Source: Geotalea uraniireducens Rf4 (GTDB taxonomy: Bacteria > Desulfobacterota > Desulfuromonadia > Geobacterales > Geobacteraceae). From it: DNA of 32,000 nucleotides. How positions within the stretch are numbered: position 1 is the stretch's first letter; every line of letters begins with the position of its first letter. Positions 1 through 8,528 of the stretch are shown here, piece after piece. The DNA is taken from the NCBI RefSeq assembly GCF_000016745.1, contig NC_009483.1, positions 2,730,001 to 2,762,000 on the forward strand, given 5' to 3'. Under the pieces are notes generated by a model, which was given only the letters and a program-made list of their open reading frames with translations, was not told the origin of the DNA and did not search any database. A program made the position numbers and the translations under genes.

Positions 1-170
1 TTCTTGATGTATTTCCTGCCGCTAAGTCCATATTGCGCACCATTTATTCGATGGAATCCCATATTGGACAGCAATTGGATTTCAACTTCATACGCGTTCA
101 CTCTGCCGGACGAAATCGATTCGGCCAAATTCATCGGTTTCACGTATCGTTCATCGAGTCGTTTCTGCCC

Positions 171-1052
171 TTACATTGACAATTCATCTGATGTTCTTTC
201 AATTCTGTTGCCGCTCAAGTTCCATACGTCCTGGATGGCATGGAATTTCAGGCTGTTTAATAGATATTTGATTTTCGATTCCATCTTATCCAGATTCAGA
301 TAATGTCTGAAACGAGATTTTAATCCGGCACGAATGCGGGGCTGGTCCGGATCGATTTCCCATGGATGGAAATAGACTACTGTCGGCTGACTTTCGCAGG
401 TATTGATATAGTTTATGGCTCGCCCTACCAGTGGAGCAGGGAAAAGTCTCAGGTATCCGCCGCCGGCAATCGGCAGCCGATATTGCCACCATCCTATCCG
501 CAGGGGAAAGGTGGAGATTGGGAATTCTTTTATTTTCCCCGCCCGAGTCTCGATTTCATGGGGGAATCGTTCCCCCCCCGGAATCCCGTATATGTCATGG
601 ACAATGGGAAAGATGCTGGAATCATAAGTAAAACCTTCCTCGACCAGAATATCGAGTGCCCATAACGACTTTCCGGTAATGGAATAGCTCGGAGCACGGT
701 AGCCGCAGACCGGAACACCGGTAATATCTTCGAGGAGCCCCTTAGCCCTGCGAACGTCCTTGCGAAACCTCTCAGGGCCGATAGCGTATACCAGCTCATG
801 GCAATAACCGTGGCAGGCGATCTCGTGCCCCCGTTGCATGATTTCCCGTACCAATCCAGGAACACGCTGCGCTACCCAGCCAAGAACGAAAAAGGTGGCC
901 TTCACTGAAAATTCTTCCAGCAGGTCAAGAATCCGATGGGTATTTGCCACCACCCGCAGGGGAAAGCAGTCCCAATCCTCGATTTTCACGTAACGTTCAA
1001 ATGCCGTCACATGAAAGTAATCTTCGACATCAATGGTAAGGGCGTTGTACAT
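171..1052 (-). CDS. Polysaccharide deacetylase, exosortase (XrtA/PEP-CTERM) EPS-locus subfamily
   Basis: 293-aa ORF. The ALTIDVEDYFHV, FFVLGW and HEIACHGYCHE blocks are the NodB-like deacetylase signature as seen in PEP-CTERM loci. It lies on the same strand as the upstream EPS genes, with tight spacing. Family assignment is from memory; no search was run. Confidence 0.85.
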   Translation of the reverse strand: MYNALTIDVEDYFHVTAFERYVKIEDWDCFPLRVVANTHRILDLLEEFSVKATFFVLGWVAQRVPGLVREIMQRGHEIACHGYCHELVYAIGPERFRKDVRRAKGLLEDITGVPVCGYRAPSYSITGKSLWALDILVEEGFTYDSSIFPIVHDIYGIPGGERFPHEIETRAGKIKEFPISTFPLRIGWWQYRLPIAGGGYLRLFPAPLVGRAINYINTCESQPTVVYFHPWEIDPDQPRIRAGLKSRFRHYLNLDKMESKIKYLLNSLKFHAIQDVWNLSGNRIERTSDELSM

Positions 1053-1099
1053 GAAGACCCCGGATTTCGAGTACGAATATCAACCAGTATCCCATTTTG

Positions 1100-2356
1100 T
1101 TAAAATGTTTTTCTGAGTTCCAGTATCACCCTGTTTATCTGCTTGTTGTCGGTGACAATCACCGGTGAATAGTAGTCGATGTACCTGTAATAAAGAGAAC
1201 AGGTTAAGTCCTTGACAAATGAATAACTAAGCCCGGTATCAACAAAAAACCTGCGGGTATAACTGCCTGTATCCTTGTGATCATATTTAGAAGCCTCAAA
1301 ACTGAGATTGGCCACAAGAGCGTTCATTAGTTCATATCTGCCTCTCGTGCCGGCCGTTGAACTCTTCGTCTGCAATCTGTCAATTTCCGTATCAACAAAT
1401 TCAGCGTATGAAAGAAAAATCCCGACCTTTCCTCTTTTAAAATCCCTGTCGACGGCGCCCGAATAGCTTGTTTCCTGAGTAGTTCTTCTGAGCGGATCCT
1501 CATAATATCTGACGCTGGCATTGATCGTGGCGGTAACGCTGCCAAATTGGTGTTTGATACCTGCATTCCAGAATGGAGCAATAAAGGTGCTGTCTTTACT
1601 GTATTTAATCCATGTCCCTCCGCCCTGCCCGAATAAAAAGGAAATATCCGCATACTCATAGCGAAACCCCAGATATACGTCATGCTTGCTATAATCATCT
1701 ACTGGTGCAATATCTCTGGTAAAAGTATAGCCGCCTGTGACATTGATTTTAGGCGAAACATTATAAGTTCCCTCAGCGAAACCGATATGGTCGGTTCTAT
1801 CAAAAGCAGCCGGGCTTTTGTACCAGGTATTCACATAGCGATAACCAAACCTCAAATTTGTCTGCGTTGTAGGTCTGATGACGAAAAAAGGTGACGCGGT
1901 CACTATGTTCTGATCCGACTGATCGACAAAAAGACTTTCCCTGGTGACGTCCCTGGTTATATCCAGCGAAACCCGCTGATAATTATCAGTGACATCGAGA
2001 AAAAAGAAATTGTCGATAAGAGAGATATGCCCTCTCGTATTCAGGTAATGGGTGTTGTCGTCACTCCGGGTTTGACGTATATAATAGCGATAGTCAAAGT
2101 TATACCCCAAATCCAATTCCAATACCGGCGCCCTGTATTTCAAATCTATACCGGGTATGGCTCGTGTTATAAAATCGCTCCTTTTATTAACCCCGGTCTC
2201 AAAAACATTGTCGGTAAATTCCTCACTGATGGCAATGCTTGGTCTGATTGCAAATTCAGCTGCTTCAGCACTGGCAATAAACATCAGAACTGCAACTGAA
2301 ACAAAAAAGGAGCAGCAAACAAACTGTGTTTTTAATTTAAATTTAGTAAATTTCAT
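1100..2356 (-). CDS. PEP-CTERM-system-associated outer-membrane beta-barrel protein (uncharacterised family)
   Basis: 418 aa with an N-terminal signal peptide (...VLMFIASAEA/AEF). Tyr/Gly-rich alternating strands run throughout, and the C-terminus ...LELRKTF ends in Phe as in OMP barrels. It sits between the ExeA-like ATPase and the deacetylase. Confidence 0.7.
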   Translation of the reverse strand: MKFTKFKLKTQFVCCSFFVSVAVLMFIASAEAAEFAIRPSIAISEEFTDNVFETGVNKRSDFITRAIPGIDLKYRAPVLELDLGYNFDYRYYIRQTRSDDNTHYLNTRGHISLIDNFFFLDVTDNYQRVSLDITRDVTRESLFVDQSDQNIVTASPFFVIRPTTQTNLRFGYRYVNTWYKSPAAFDRTDHIGFAEGTYNVSPKINVTGGYTFTRDIAPVDDYSKHDVYLGFRYEYADISFLFGQGGGTWIKYSKDSTFIAPFWNAGIKHQFGSVTATINASVRYYEDPLRRTTQETSYSGAVDRDFKRGKVGIFLSYAEFVDTEIDRLQTKSSTAGTRGRYELMNALVANLSFEASKYDHKDTGSYTRRFFVDTGLSYSFVKDLTCSLYYRYIDYYSPVIVTDNKQINRVILELRKTF

Positions 2357-2429
2357 GGAAAGTCAATTGCTTCATTGTTTTACCTGTCTAATGGTGTAAT
2401 CATTCATTCCGCTGACACTATGTAATGTA

Positions 2430-3602
2430 CTAACTACCAAATATTCTCCTGATCAGACTTATTTTATTGGGGTTTTCGTCATCTTTGGGAAGACCGCCAT
2501 GAACAGGCTTTACAATAGATGTATCCATCTTTTTCTTTAATTCTCCGATGGAGCGGTCAGTTTCTTCGCGATAGCTCTTTATGAAATTCTGTATTGAGTT
2601 AATTTTATTACCGATATCAGTCAATATATTCGAGTTGATTTTTGTTGATTCTTTTTCCAGCAATTCAAGACGTGTTCTTACATCAATCAACACCGGGACA
2701 AGTTCCGTATCATTAACGCTTGTTGGCGTGGCTGACATGTAATCAGCAGGATTAGCCACCGACTTGACATTTTCAATCTTCGACTCCCAGTACTGGTTTT
2801 CAAAATCAAGGTCAACTATAATGTCATGAACCATATCTCCATCAAGTCGTTTTGTCTCCTCTGCACACGCTGAAAGCATGAGAAAATCACAGATTATGTT
2901 AATCAGCCTGGGAACGCCTCTGCTGTATTTGTAGATGAGATGCAGCGCCTCTGAGTCGAAGACCACCGCAGAGCGGTCTCCGGCAATTTCCAGCCTGTGA
3001 AGGATGTATTCTTCGATCTCGGTGGAGGATAATGGCTGCAAATGACAGTTGATGCTGAGCCTTTGGCGCAATTGACGCATCCCGGGCTGCTTAAGGGTCT
3101 CCCTCAATTCAGGTTGTCCGACCAGAATGATTTGCAAAAGTTTGGCATTATCGGTTTCAAGATTGGAAAGCATTCTGACTTCTTCCAGCAGCTTGGAATT
3201 TAGATTTTGCGCCTCATCGATTATAAGCGTTGGCTGGTTCCCCTTCGCATACTGACTAATCAGAAAAGCATTCAAGTCCCGCAGTAATTCAATTTTGTCC
3301 TTTCCCTGCACCGGCAACCCGAAATCATCGTTAATCATGGAGATAAGCTGATCAGAGTTGACCCTGGTATTGAAGATCTTGGCAAGAATAACCTTATCGT
3401 GTTTTTTATTGATTACGTCCCTGATAATTGTTGTTTTACCGGAACCAACATCACCCGTAAGGAGAATAAATCCTGCCCTCTCTTTTATGCCGTAGTCCAG
3501 ATATGACAAAACACGTTTGTGAGATTTACTCAGATAAATAAATTCAGGGTTAGGCAATAGATCAAACGGTTTTTTTGTCAGATTAAAATATGATTCGTAC
3601 AT
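2430..3602 (-). CDS. ExeA/GspA-like AAA ATPase, PEP-CTERM locus subfamily (putative secretion ATPase)
   Basis: 390 aa. The N-terminus MYESYFNLTKKPF...P.FIYLSKSH is typical of this family. It has Walker A GDVGSGKTT and Walker B LIIDEAQNL. The C-terminal ~120 aa are non-conserved and coiled-coil-like. Confidence 0.85.
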   Translation of the reverse strand: MYESYFNLTKKPFDLLPNPEFIYLSKSHKRVLSYLDYGIKERAGFILLTGDVGSGKTTIIRDVINKKHDKVILAKIFNTRVNSDQLISMINDDFGLPVQGKDKIELLRDLNAFLISQYAKGNQPTLIIDEAQNLNSKLLEEVRMLSNLETDNAKLLQIILVGQPELRETLKQPGMRQLRQRLSINCHLQPLSSTEIEEYILHRLEIAGDRSAVVFDSEALHLIYKYSRGVPRLINIICDFLMLSACAEETKRLDGDMVHDIIVDLDFENQYWESKIENVKSVANPADYMSATPTSVNDTELVPVLIDVRTRLELLEKESTKINSNILTDIGNKINSIQNFIKSYREETDRSIGELKKKMDTSIVKPVHGGLPKDDENPNKISLIRRIFGS

Positions 3603-3709
3603 GATGTCCCCGACATAAATACTATTGGGATATGCTTTGTATTGAACTTTGCCTTATTTCTGTGCTGTTAATCTGACAAAATCAAACGGATATCTGATCT
3701 TCATATCGA

Positions 3710-4537
3710 CTACCATTTTTCAGCATCATATCGGTAATAATAATTATAACGATCGTTGAAGCCGTCGATACTGGCCTCATTGTAAACTATTCCCAAAAGG
3801 TTGGTTCCCTTCAGTGCTGCTATTGCGTCACTCACATCATTCAAGGATGCAGCGCCTTCCTTGACAACAAATACGATCCCATCGATAAGGGTGCTGATGG
3901 ATCTGGTTTCAGCAAAAGGGAGAACAGGCGGCGTATCAATAATAATATACCGGTCCGGATAGCGATGCTTCAGCTCTTTGACAAGTTCTTTCATCCGCAG
4001 GGACGAAAAGAGTTCCGCCGGATTACGAATCGTCTTTCCATGCAGCAGTACTGACAACTTGCCTATGCCGGTATTTACTATTGCTTCCCCGACATCAACG
4101 CCGTCCAGAAGACATTCGGCCAGGCCAACTTTTGGATCGAGTCCAATGTATTGATGAATCGATGGTTTCCTCAGGTCCGCGTCCACCAGCAACACAGTGT
4201 GATCGTATTCCTGCGCCAGACTGACTGCAAGATTGAGGGCGGTCAGACTTTTCCCTTCACTACCCACAGAACTGGTAACCATCAGCGTATTCTGGAAATG
4301 TTCTCCCTTGGTGAGCTTGACAAGAATTGATTTAAGCTTCCTGTACTCCTCCGCAGCCGGGGTGTGAGGATCGTTAACCGTAACAATAAATGGATTTTCA
4401 ATTTTTGCAGCTGCAGGTGACGACGGCAGCGGTGGAACATGAACTGCTGTAGCAACAGTTTTCCCGACCGTTACGTTGCTTCTTTCGCTGCTGCGCAACC
4501 TCGCCGCTTTTTCAAGTGCTTCTTCAATTCTACTCAT
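3710..4537 (-). CDS. Exopolysaccharide BY-type tyrosine autokinase (stand-alone kinase module)
   Basis: 275 aa with N-terminal MSRIEEALEKA. It has Walker A VGSEGKS, Walker A' LLVDADLRKP and Walker B IIIDTPP. The C-terminus carries the tyrosine cluster RYNYYYRYD. Confidence 0.85.
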   Translation of the reverse strand: MSRIEEALEKAARLRSSERSNVTVGKTVATAVHVPPLPSSPAAAKIENPFIVTVNDPHTPAAEEYRKLKSILVKLTKGEHFQNTLMVTSSVGSEGKSLTALNLAVSLAQEYDHTVLLVDADLRKPSIHQYIGLDPKVGLAECLLDGVDVGEAIVNTGIGKLSVLLHGKTIRNPAELFSSLRMKELVKELKHRYPDRYIIIDTPPVLPFAETRSISTLIDGIVFVVKEGAASLNDVSDAIAALKGTNLLGIVYNEASIDGFNDRYNYYYRYDAEKW

Positions 4538-4588
4538 GACATCCTCTCAATACTTGGGCAATGGCAACACATTGGAGTCGGAAGATAT

Positions 4589-6112
4589 TTAATTGCCGCC
4601 ATGATATTTAATTTGACTCATAAGATCAGGCAGATACTGTTTAATCTCAATAGAATCAATGAAAGTATTGGATAATGAGCTGTTTAATACCTCTAACAGC
4701 AAGACTGTGAGGATGAGGGAAAAATAGACACTCGCAATCACGTACAGCTTCACATTCTTTTTTTTCTGCAACAGGAGCTCAACCGGGTTCTGCATTTTGG
4801 GAATGATTGCAAGAATCGGTAGACCAAAGGATTTGAGGGCGTCCACGTTTTTTACCGATTGATCGAGATAATCCAAAAGCATCAGGAGACAGAATGCGAT
4901 GACCAGTCCTGCACCTATCCCCATGAGGATGATATTGACCCTGTTCGGGCTGACCGGATTAATCGGCATAATAGCAGGGTCAACGATTCTAAAGGTTGTA
5001 GCCTTGTCCTGGACTTCCATCTGCTTGGAAACCTCAGATTGGCCATGCCTGGTGACAAGCTGTTCGTAAAGGTTTTTTTGATTGTTCTTATCTCTTTCCA
5101 GTTGTTCTAATGTCGCCTTTGCCACAGGGATGTTGTGCAACAGCGAACGGGTGGACGAGATAATAACATACTGATTTGCTTCAGCCGCCTTCAGCGCCTT
5201 CAATTCGGCTTCAACCCTGTCTAAATCAGGAGTTTCGGCAGGAGACATATCGAAACCCGTGTTTCTGTTGCGTAACTGCTCTTTTACCGCCTGTAACTCG
5301 GTTTTCACCCTGATTACTTCGGGGTAACTCTCTGTGTACTCGACAAGCATTTCATCCAGCTTTTTTTGTAATGACAGCATTTTTTGTTGCAGAGGATTGT
5401 TTTTTTTGATCTGAATACGTAATGATTCAAGCTGTGCCCGCTTTAACCGCATGTCGTCGATTTTTTGCTGAGCATCATTGATCTCTTTCTGAAGGGTCGC
5501 CGGATCAGTTGCAATGACACCCATCTTGCCTATCTTGAAGTTATTTACTTCCGCCTCGGCTTTGTCCATTTTCTCCTTATACACTTCAATCTGTTCAGAT
5601 AGAAATTTTGTCGCACCATAGGATTCTTCCCTTTTTGAAGAAACATTTTCTTCGATGTAACGTCTGACAAGGGTATTAACATAGTCACGCGCCAGTCGCG
5701 GATTTTCATTGGTAAATGAGATTATGAAGAAATTCTCGTCATTTTTTAGTTTTATAACTGTATTTTTTTGAAACTTGGCAACCAACTCTTCCAGTTGTGC
5801 ATCATTCTGCTTGTTGACATTCAGATCAAGATCGTCAATAACCTTGAGCAAAAGCGTGCGGCTGGTTATTGCATAGTTCAGGACTTTTATTTTTTCGTCC
5901 ATTGATGGTGTTATTGCAATCCCTTTAACAAGATCACTGATTACGCTTTTTTCTATAAAAACAGTACTTTTGGCCTCGTATTTTCTTGGCAAAAAATAAC
6001 TTACAATTGTAATTACTGTCATAATTGCAAGTGCTGTTATTATGAATAGCTTCTTTTTTTTATCAATCAACATCAAGTATTTTTTATAATCCAACTCATT
6101 TGTAGTTGACAT
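4589..6112 (-). CDS. Polysaccharide chain-length determinant (PCP/Wzz-like), partner of the stand-alone tyrosine kinase
   Basis: 507 aa. There is an N-terminal TM helix (LFIITALAIMTVITIVSYFL), a long periplasmic coiled-coil region, and a second TM helix near the C-terminus (IILMGIGAGLVIAFCLLMLL). It lies immediately upstream of the kinase. Confidence 0.85.
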   Translation of the reverse strand: MSTTNELDYKKYLMLIDKKKKLFIITALAIMTVITIVSYFLPRKYEAKSTVFIEKSVISDLVKGIAITPSMDEKIKVLNYAITSRTLLLKVIDDLDLNVNKQNDAQLEELVAKFQKNTVIKLKNDENFFIISFTNENPRLARDYVNTLVRRYIEENVSSKREESYGATKFLSEQIEVYKEKMDKAEAEVNNFKIGKMGVIATDPATLQKEINDAQQKIDDMRLKRAQLESLRIQIKKNNPLQQKMLSLQKKLDEMLVEYTESYPEVIRVKTELQAVKEQLRNRNTGFDMSPAETPDLDRVEAELKALKAAEANQYVIISSTRSLLHNIPVAKATLEQLERDKNNQKNLYEQLVTRHGQSEVSKQMEVQDKATTFRIVDPAIMPINPVSPNRVNIILMGIGAGLVIAFCLLMLLDYLDQSVKNVDALKSFGLPILAIIPKMQNPVELLLQKKKNVKLYVIASVYFSLILTVLLLEVLNSSLSNTFIDSIEIKQYLPDLMSQIKYHGGN

Positions 6113-6153
6113 AACAACTCCGCTCGAAATTGCACTATTATTACTGAAATAAG

Positions 6154-7002
6154 TTAAAACATTCCTTCTTTAACAACAACGTAATCACCTGGCTTCAATT
6201 TGACATTCTGCTCCAGATCACCGTCATTAATCAGATCTTTTGCCTTTATCGAAATGGATATTTCCTTTTTGCCATCCTTGCGAAGAATTTCGGTGTCGTT
6301 CTGTTTAGCGAATTTAGTGAACCCCCCGGACTCAAGAACTGCCTCCATAATAGTCATGCCTTCACGGTACTCGATGACCTTCGGGGTATTGACCGCGCCG
6401 AGAACATAAATGTTTTTTTCCAGTAGTTGCGGGATAAAGATGGCATCATTTGTTTCAATGACAATATCTTCGCTAACATCTCCATCAACGAACAACTTGT
6501 AAAAATCTTGTTTGAGTTTTTTGCCATTTCTGAGGATATATGCCTTTTTGTAATCCGCAACTTTGGCGCCGGCTCCAGCCGAAGTATTGCGGTTGGCAGC
6601 GCCACTGACTGTAGAATTGCCGATAACACACAGGAGTTGGAGAAGTGTCGTGCGCCGATTAAGATCATATACTCCGGAATTGACGCCGCCACCAAAAACA
6701 TAGACTTTACTGTTGGTAATCTCGCGGACCGACACCGTCACAATAGGATTTTTTACCAGCTCCTTGAACTTCGCGCCTAACGTTGCCTGCAGTTCTAACG
6801 GTGTAACGCCGGTTGCCTTTACATCACCCAGCCCGGGGATGGTTATTTTACCGTCCGGCCGTACCCTCACCGTCACATTAAGTTCTTTGACCCCCCATAC
6901 GGAAATGTCCAAACCATCACCTTCGCCGATAATGTAATCTCCGGCAATGGCAATGTAAGGAATCAGCAATGCTAAACAGAGCGTAATCAATTTCAGTTTC
7001 AT
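6154..7002 (-). CDS. Polysaccharide export protein (Wza/Poly_export + SLBB-like)
   Basis: 282 aa with a signal peptide followed by the Poly_export signature YIIGEGDGLDISVWG...V.V.PDG.I..P..G.V...G. A second soluble-ligand-binding beta-grasp-like repeat lies near the C-terminus. Confidence 0.85.
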   Translation of the reverse strand: MKLKLITLCLALLIPYIAIAGDYIIGEGDGLDISVWGVKELNVTVRVRPDGKITIPGLGDVKATGVTPLELQATLGAKFKELVKNPIVTVSVREITNSKVYVFGGGVNSGVYDLNRRTTLLQLLCVIGNSTVSGAANRNTSAGAGAKVADYKKAYILRNGKKLKQDFYKLFVDGDVSEDIVIETNDAIFIPQLLEKNIYVLGAVNTPKVIEYREGMTIMEAVLESGGFTKFAKQNDTEILRKDGKKEISISIKAKDLINDGDLEQNVKLKPGDYVVVKEGMF

Positions 7003-7016
7003 ACATTTTCCCCCTC

Positions 7017-8378
7017 TTACCTGCCCCCCCGCCTGAACAAAACCACTTTTACCGTTTCAAGAACAATCATCAAATCAAAAGCCATGCTGAGGTTTTTTAT
7101 GTAATAGAGATCATAACGAAGCTTCTCTATGGCGTCTTCAACCGAGGCCCCGTATGGATATTGTACCTGTGCCCAGCCGGTTACCCCAGGTTTGACGCAA
7201 TGCCGTTCCGAATAGAATGGAATGATCTCTTTCAATTTATTTACAAACTCCGGGCGCTCCGGCCTCGGCCCAACAAGGCTCATGTCACCCGCAAGGATAT
7301 TGAACAGTTGAGGAATTTCATCTATCCGGCTCTTGCGTAAGATTTCACCTAAACGTGTCACCCGGGGGTCATGTTCCTTGGCCCAGACAGCCCCGGTATC
7401 CTTCTCCGCATCCACCCCCATGGTCCTGAACTTGTAAAGGGTAAACTTCTTTTCCTTTTCTCCGACCCGATCCTGTCTGAACAGGATCGGCCCTTGCGAA
7501 TCCAGCTTTATGAGCAAGGCAATAATCGGAAAGAACGGCAAAAACAGCAGCAACAAAACGATAGCGCTGATCAAATCGATCATCCGCTTAAAATACCGGA
7601 GCAGAGCGGTTACCCTGAAACCATGTGAAAAAATAAACCAGCTTGGAGTAATGTTTTCGATAAGAAGCTTGCCGGTCACTTGCTCATAGAAGGTTGGCGC
7701 ATCAACGACTTCGACTCCGCTAAGCTTGCAGCTCAACACGTCCTGTAACGGGAAAATTCCCCTCCGTTCCGACAACGACACGACAATCTTATGCGCCCTT
7801 GCACGCATCACCGTCTCATAGAGCCTTTCTTCATTCCCTACTATGTTTTGTGGAGGGACATCCAGAGGCTCGCTGGCGCAGTTGACATAACCGGACAGCA
7901 CATAGTTCTGGTTGCCCGCAGCTATAAGGTTCCCTATCTGCTGCGCCAGCGGACCGGTACCCAAAACAAGGACCCTTCTGGAGAAACCTGAAAACCTTGA
8001 ACTGATGTAACAGAGATAATGCCAGGCTAACTGGAGAGTGCCGAAAATAAAGAGAGAAAATATCAGCACCATCCCGTCGTACACGAAAAGTGGCGCCATA
8101 AAATAGAAACATGATAGGATGAACAACGAAATAAGCAGAGAAATGGAAATTCTTGCGGCGCTTTCCTTACCCCCCAAATACCGGTTAAGATTATATATTT
8201 CGACAAAGAACGACGAGAAAATCATAATAAAAACAAATATGATCACCCTCACTGTTCCTGTGCGCGTAAGGTCACCCGGAGCCGGCAGTTCGCCAAAGCG
8301 GATTAAAAAGGCTGTAAGCAGCGCAAATATTGCCACCACTATGTCGCCTGTTAAGAGCAGTAAAATTCTCTTGCTCAT
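7017..8378 (-). CDS. Priming (undecaprenyl-phosphate) sugar transferase, WbaP/EpsB-like, PEP-CTERM locus type
   Basis: 453 aa with four or five N-terminal TM helices and a central Rossmann-like segment (VLVLGTGPLA). The C-terminal bacterial sugar-transferase domain reads KR.IDL..A...LLL..P...IALLIKLDS.GPILFRQDRVG...F.LYKFRTM...DEIPQLFN.L.GDMSLVGPRP. Confidence 0.9.
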   Translation of the reverse strand: MSKRILLLLTGDIVVAIFALLTAFLIRFGELPAPGDLTRTGTVRVIIFVFIMIFSSFFVEIYNLNRYLGGKESAARISISLLISLFILSCFYFMAPLFVYDGMVLIFSLFIFGTLQLAWHYLCYISSRFSGFSRRVLVLGTGPLAQQIGNLIAAGNQNYVLSGYVNCASEPLDVPPQNIVGNEERLYETVMRARAHKIVVSLSERRGIFPLQDVLSCKLSGVEVVDAPTFYEQVTGKLLIENITPSWFIFSHGFRVTALLRYFKRMIDLISAIVLLLLFLPFFPIIALLIKLDSQGPILFRQDRVGEKEKKFTLYKFRTMGVDAEKDTGAVWAKEHDPRVTRLGEILRKSRIDEIPQLFNILAGDMSLVGPRPERPEFVNKLKEIIPFYSERHCVKPGVTGWAQVQYPYGASVEDAIEKLRYDLYYIKNLSMAFDLMIVLETVKVVLFRRGGR

Positions 8379-8528
8379 CTGTAATCCCTTTTTTCCGCCG
8401 GCCCGGTTCTACCGGCAGCAGCCATTTCCTGATTTTCCTCAAAAAACCCATCCTAACCCCGATGAACGGGATAAGTCCCTTCACGAAAAATTCTTCGCAA
8501 AAAACATGCAAATAATTTTTCTACGGGA

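Noticed and set aside
1-134. Partial minus-strand ORF (ATG at 134, MNLAESISSGRVNAYEVEIQ..., open to the window edge)
   Set aside because: Only 44 codons are visible, the SD is weak and there is no recognisable family, so it is too little to call as a feature. It is noted only as a hint that the EPS operon continues. It happens to be in frame with the deacetylase across its TAA, which I treat as coincidence rather than read-through.
4-303. 99-aa plus-strand ORF at the left edge
   Set aside because: It is largely antisense to the deacetylase gene and its downstream spacer, with no motifs.
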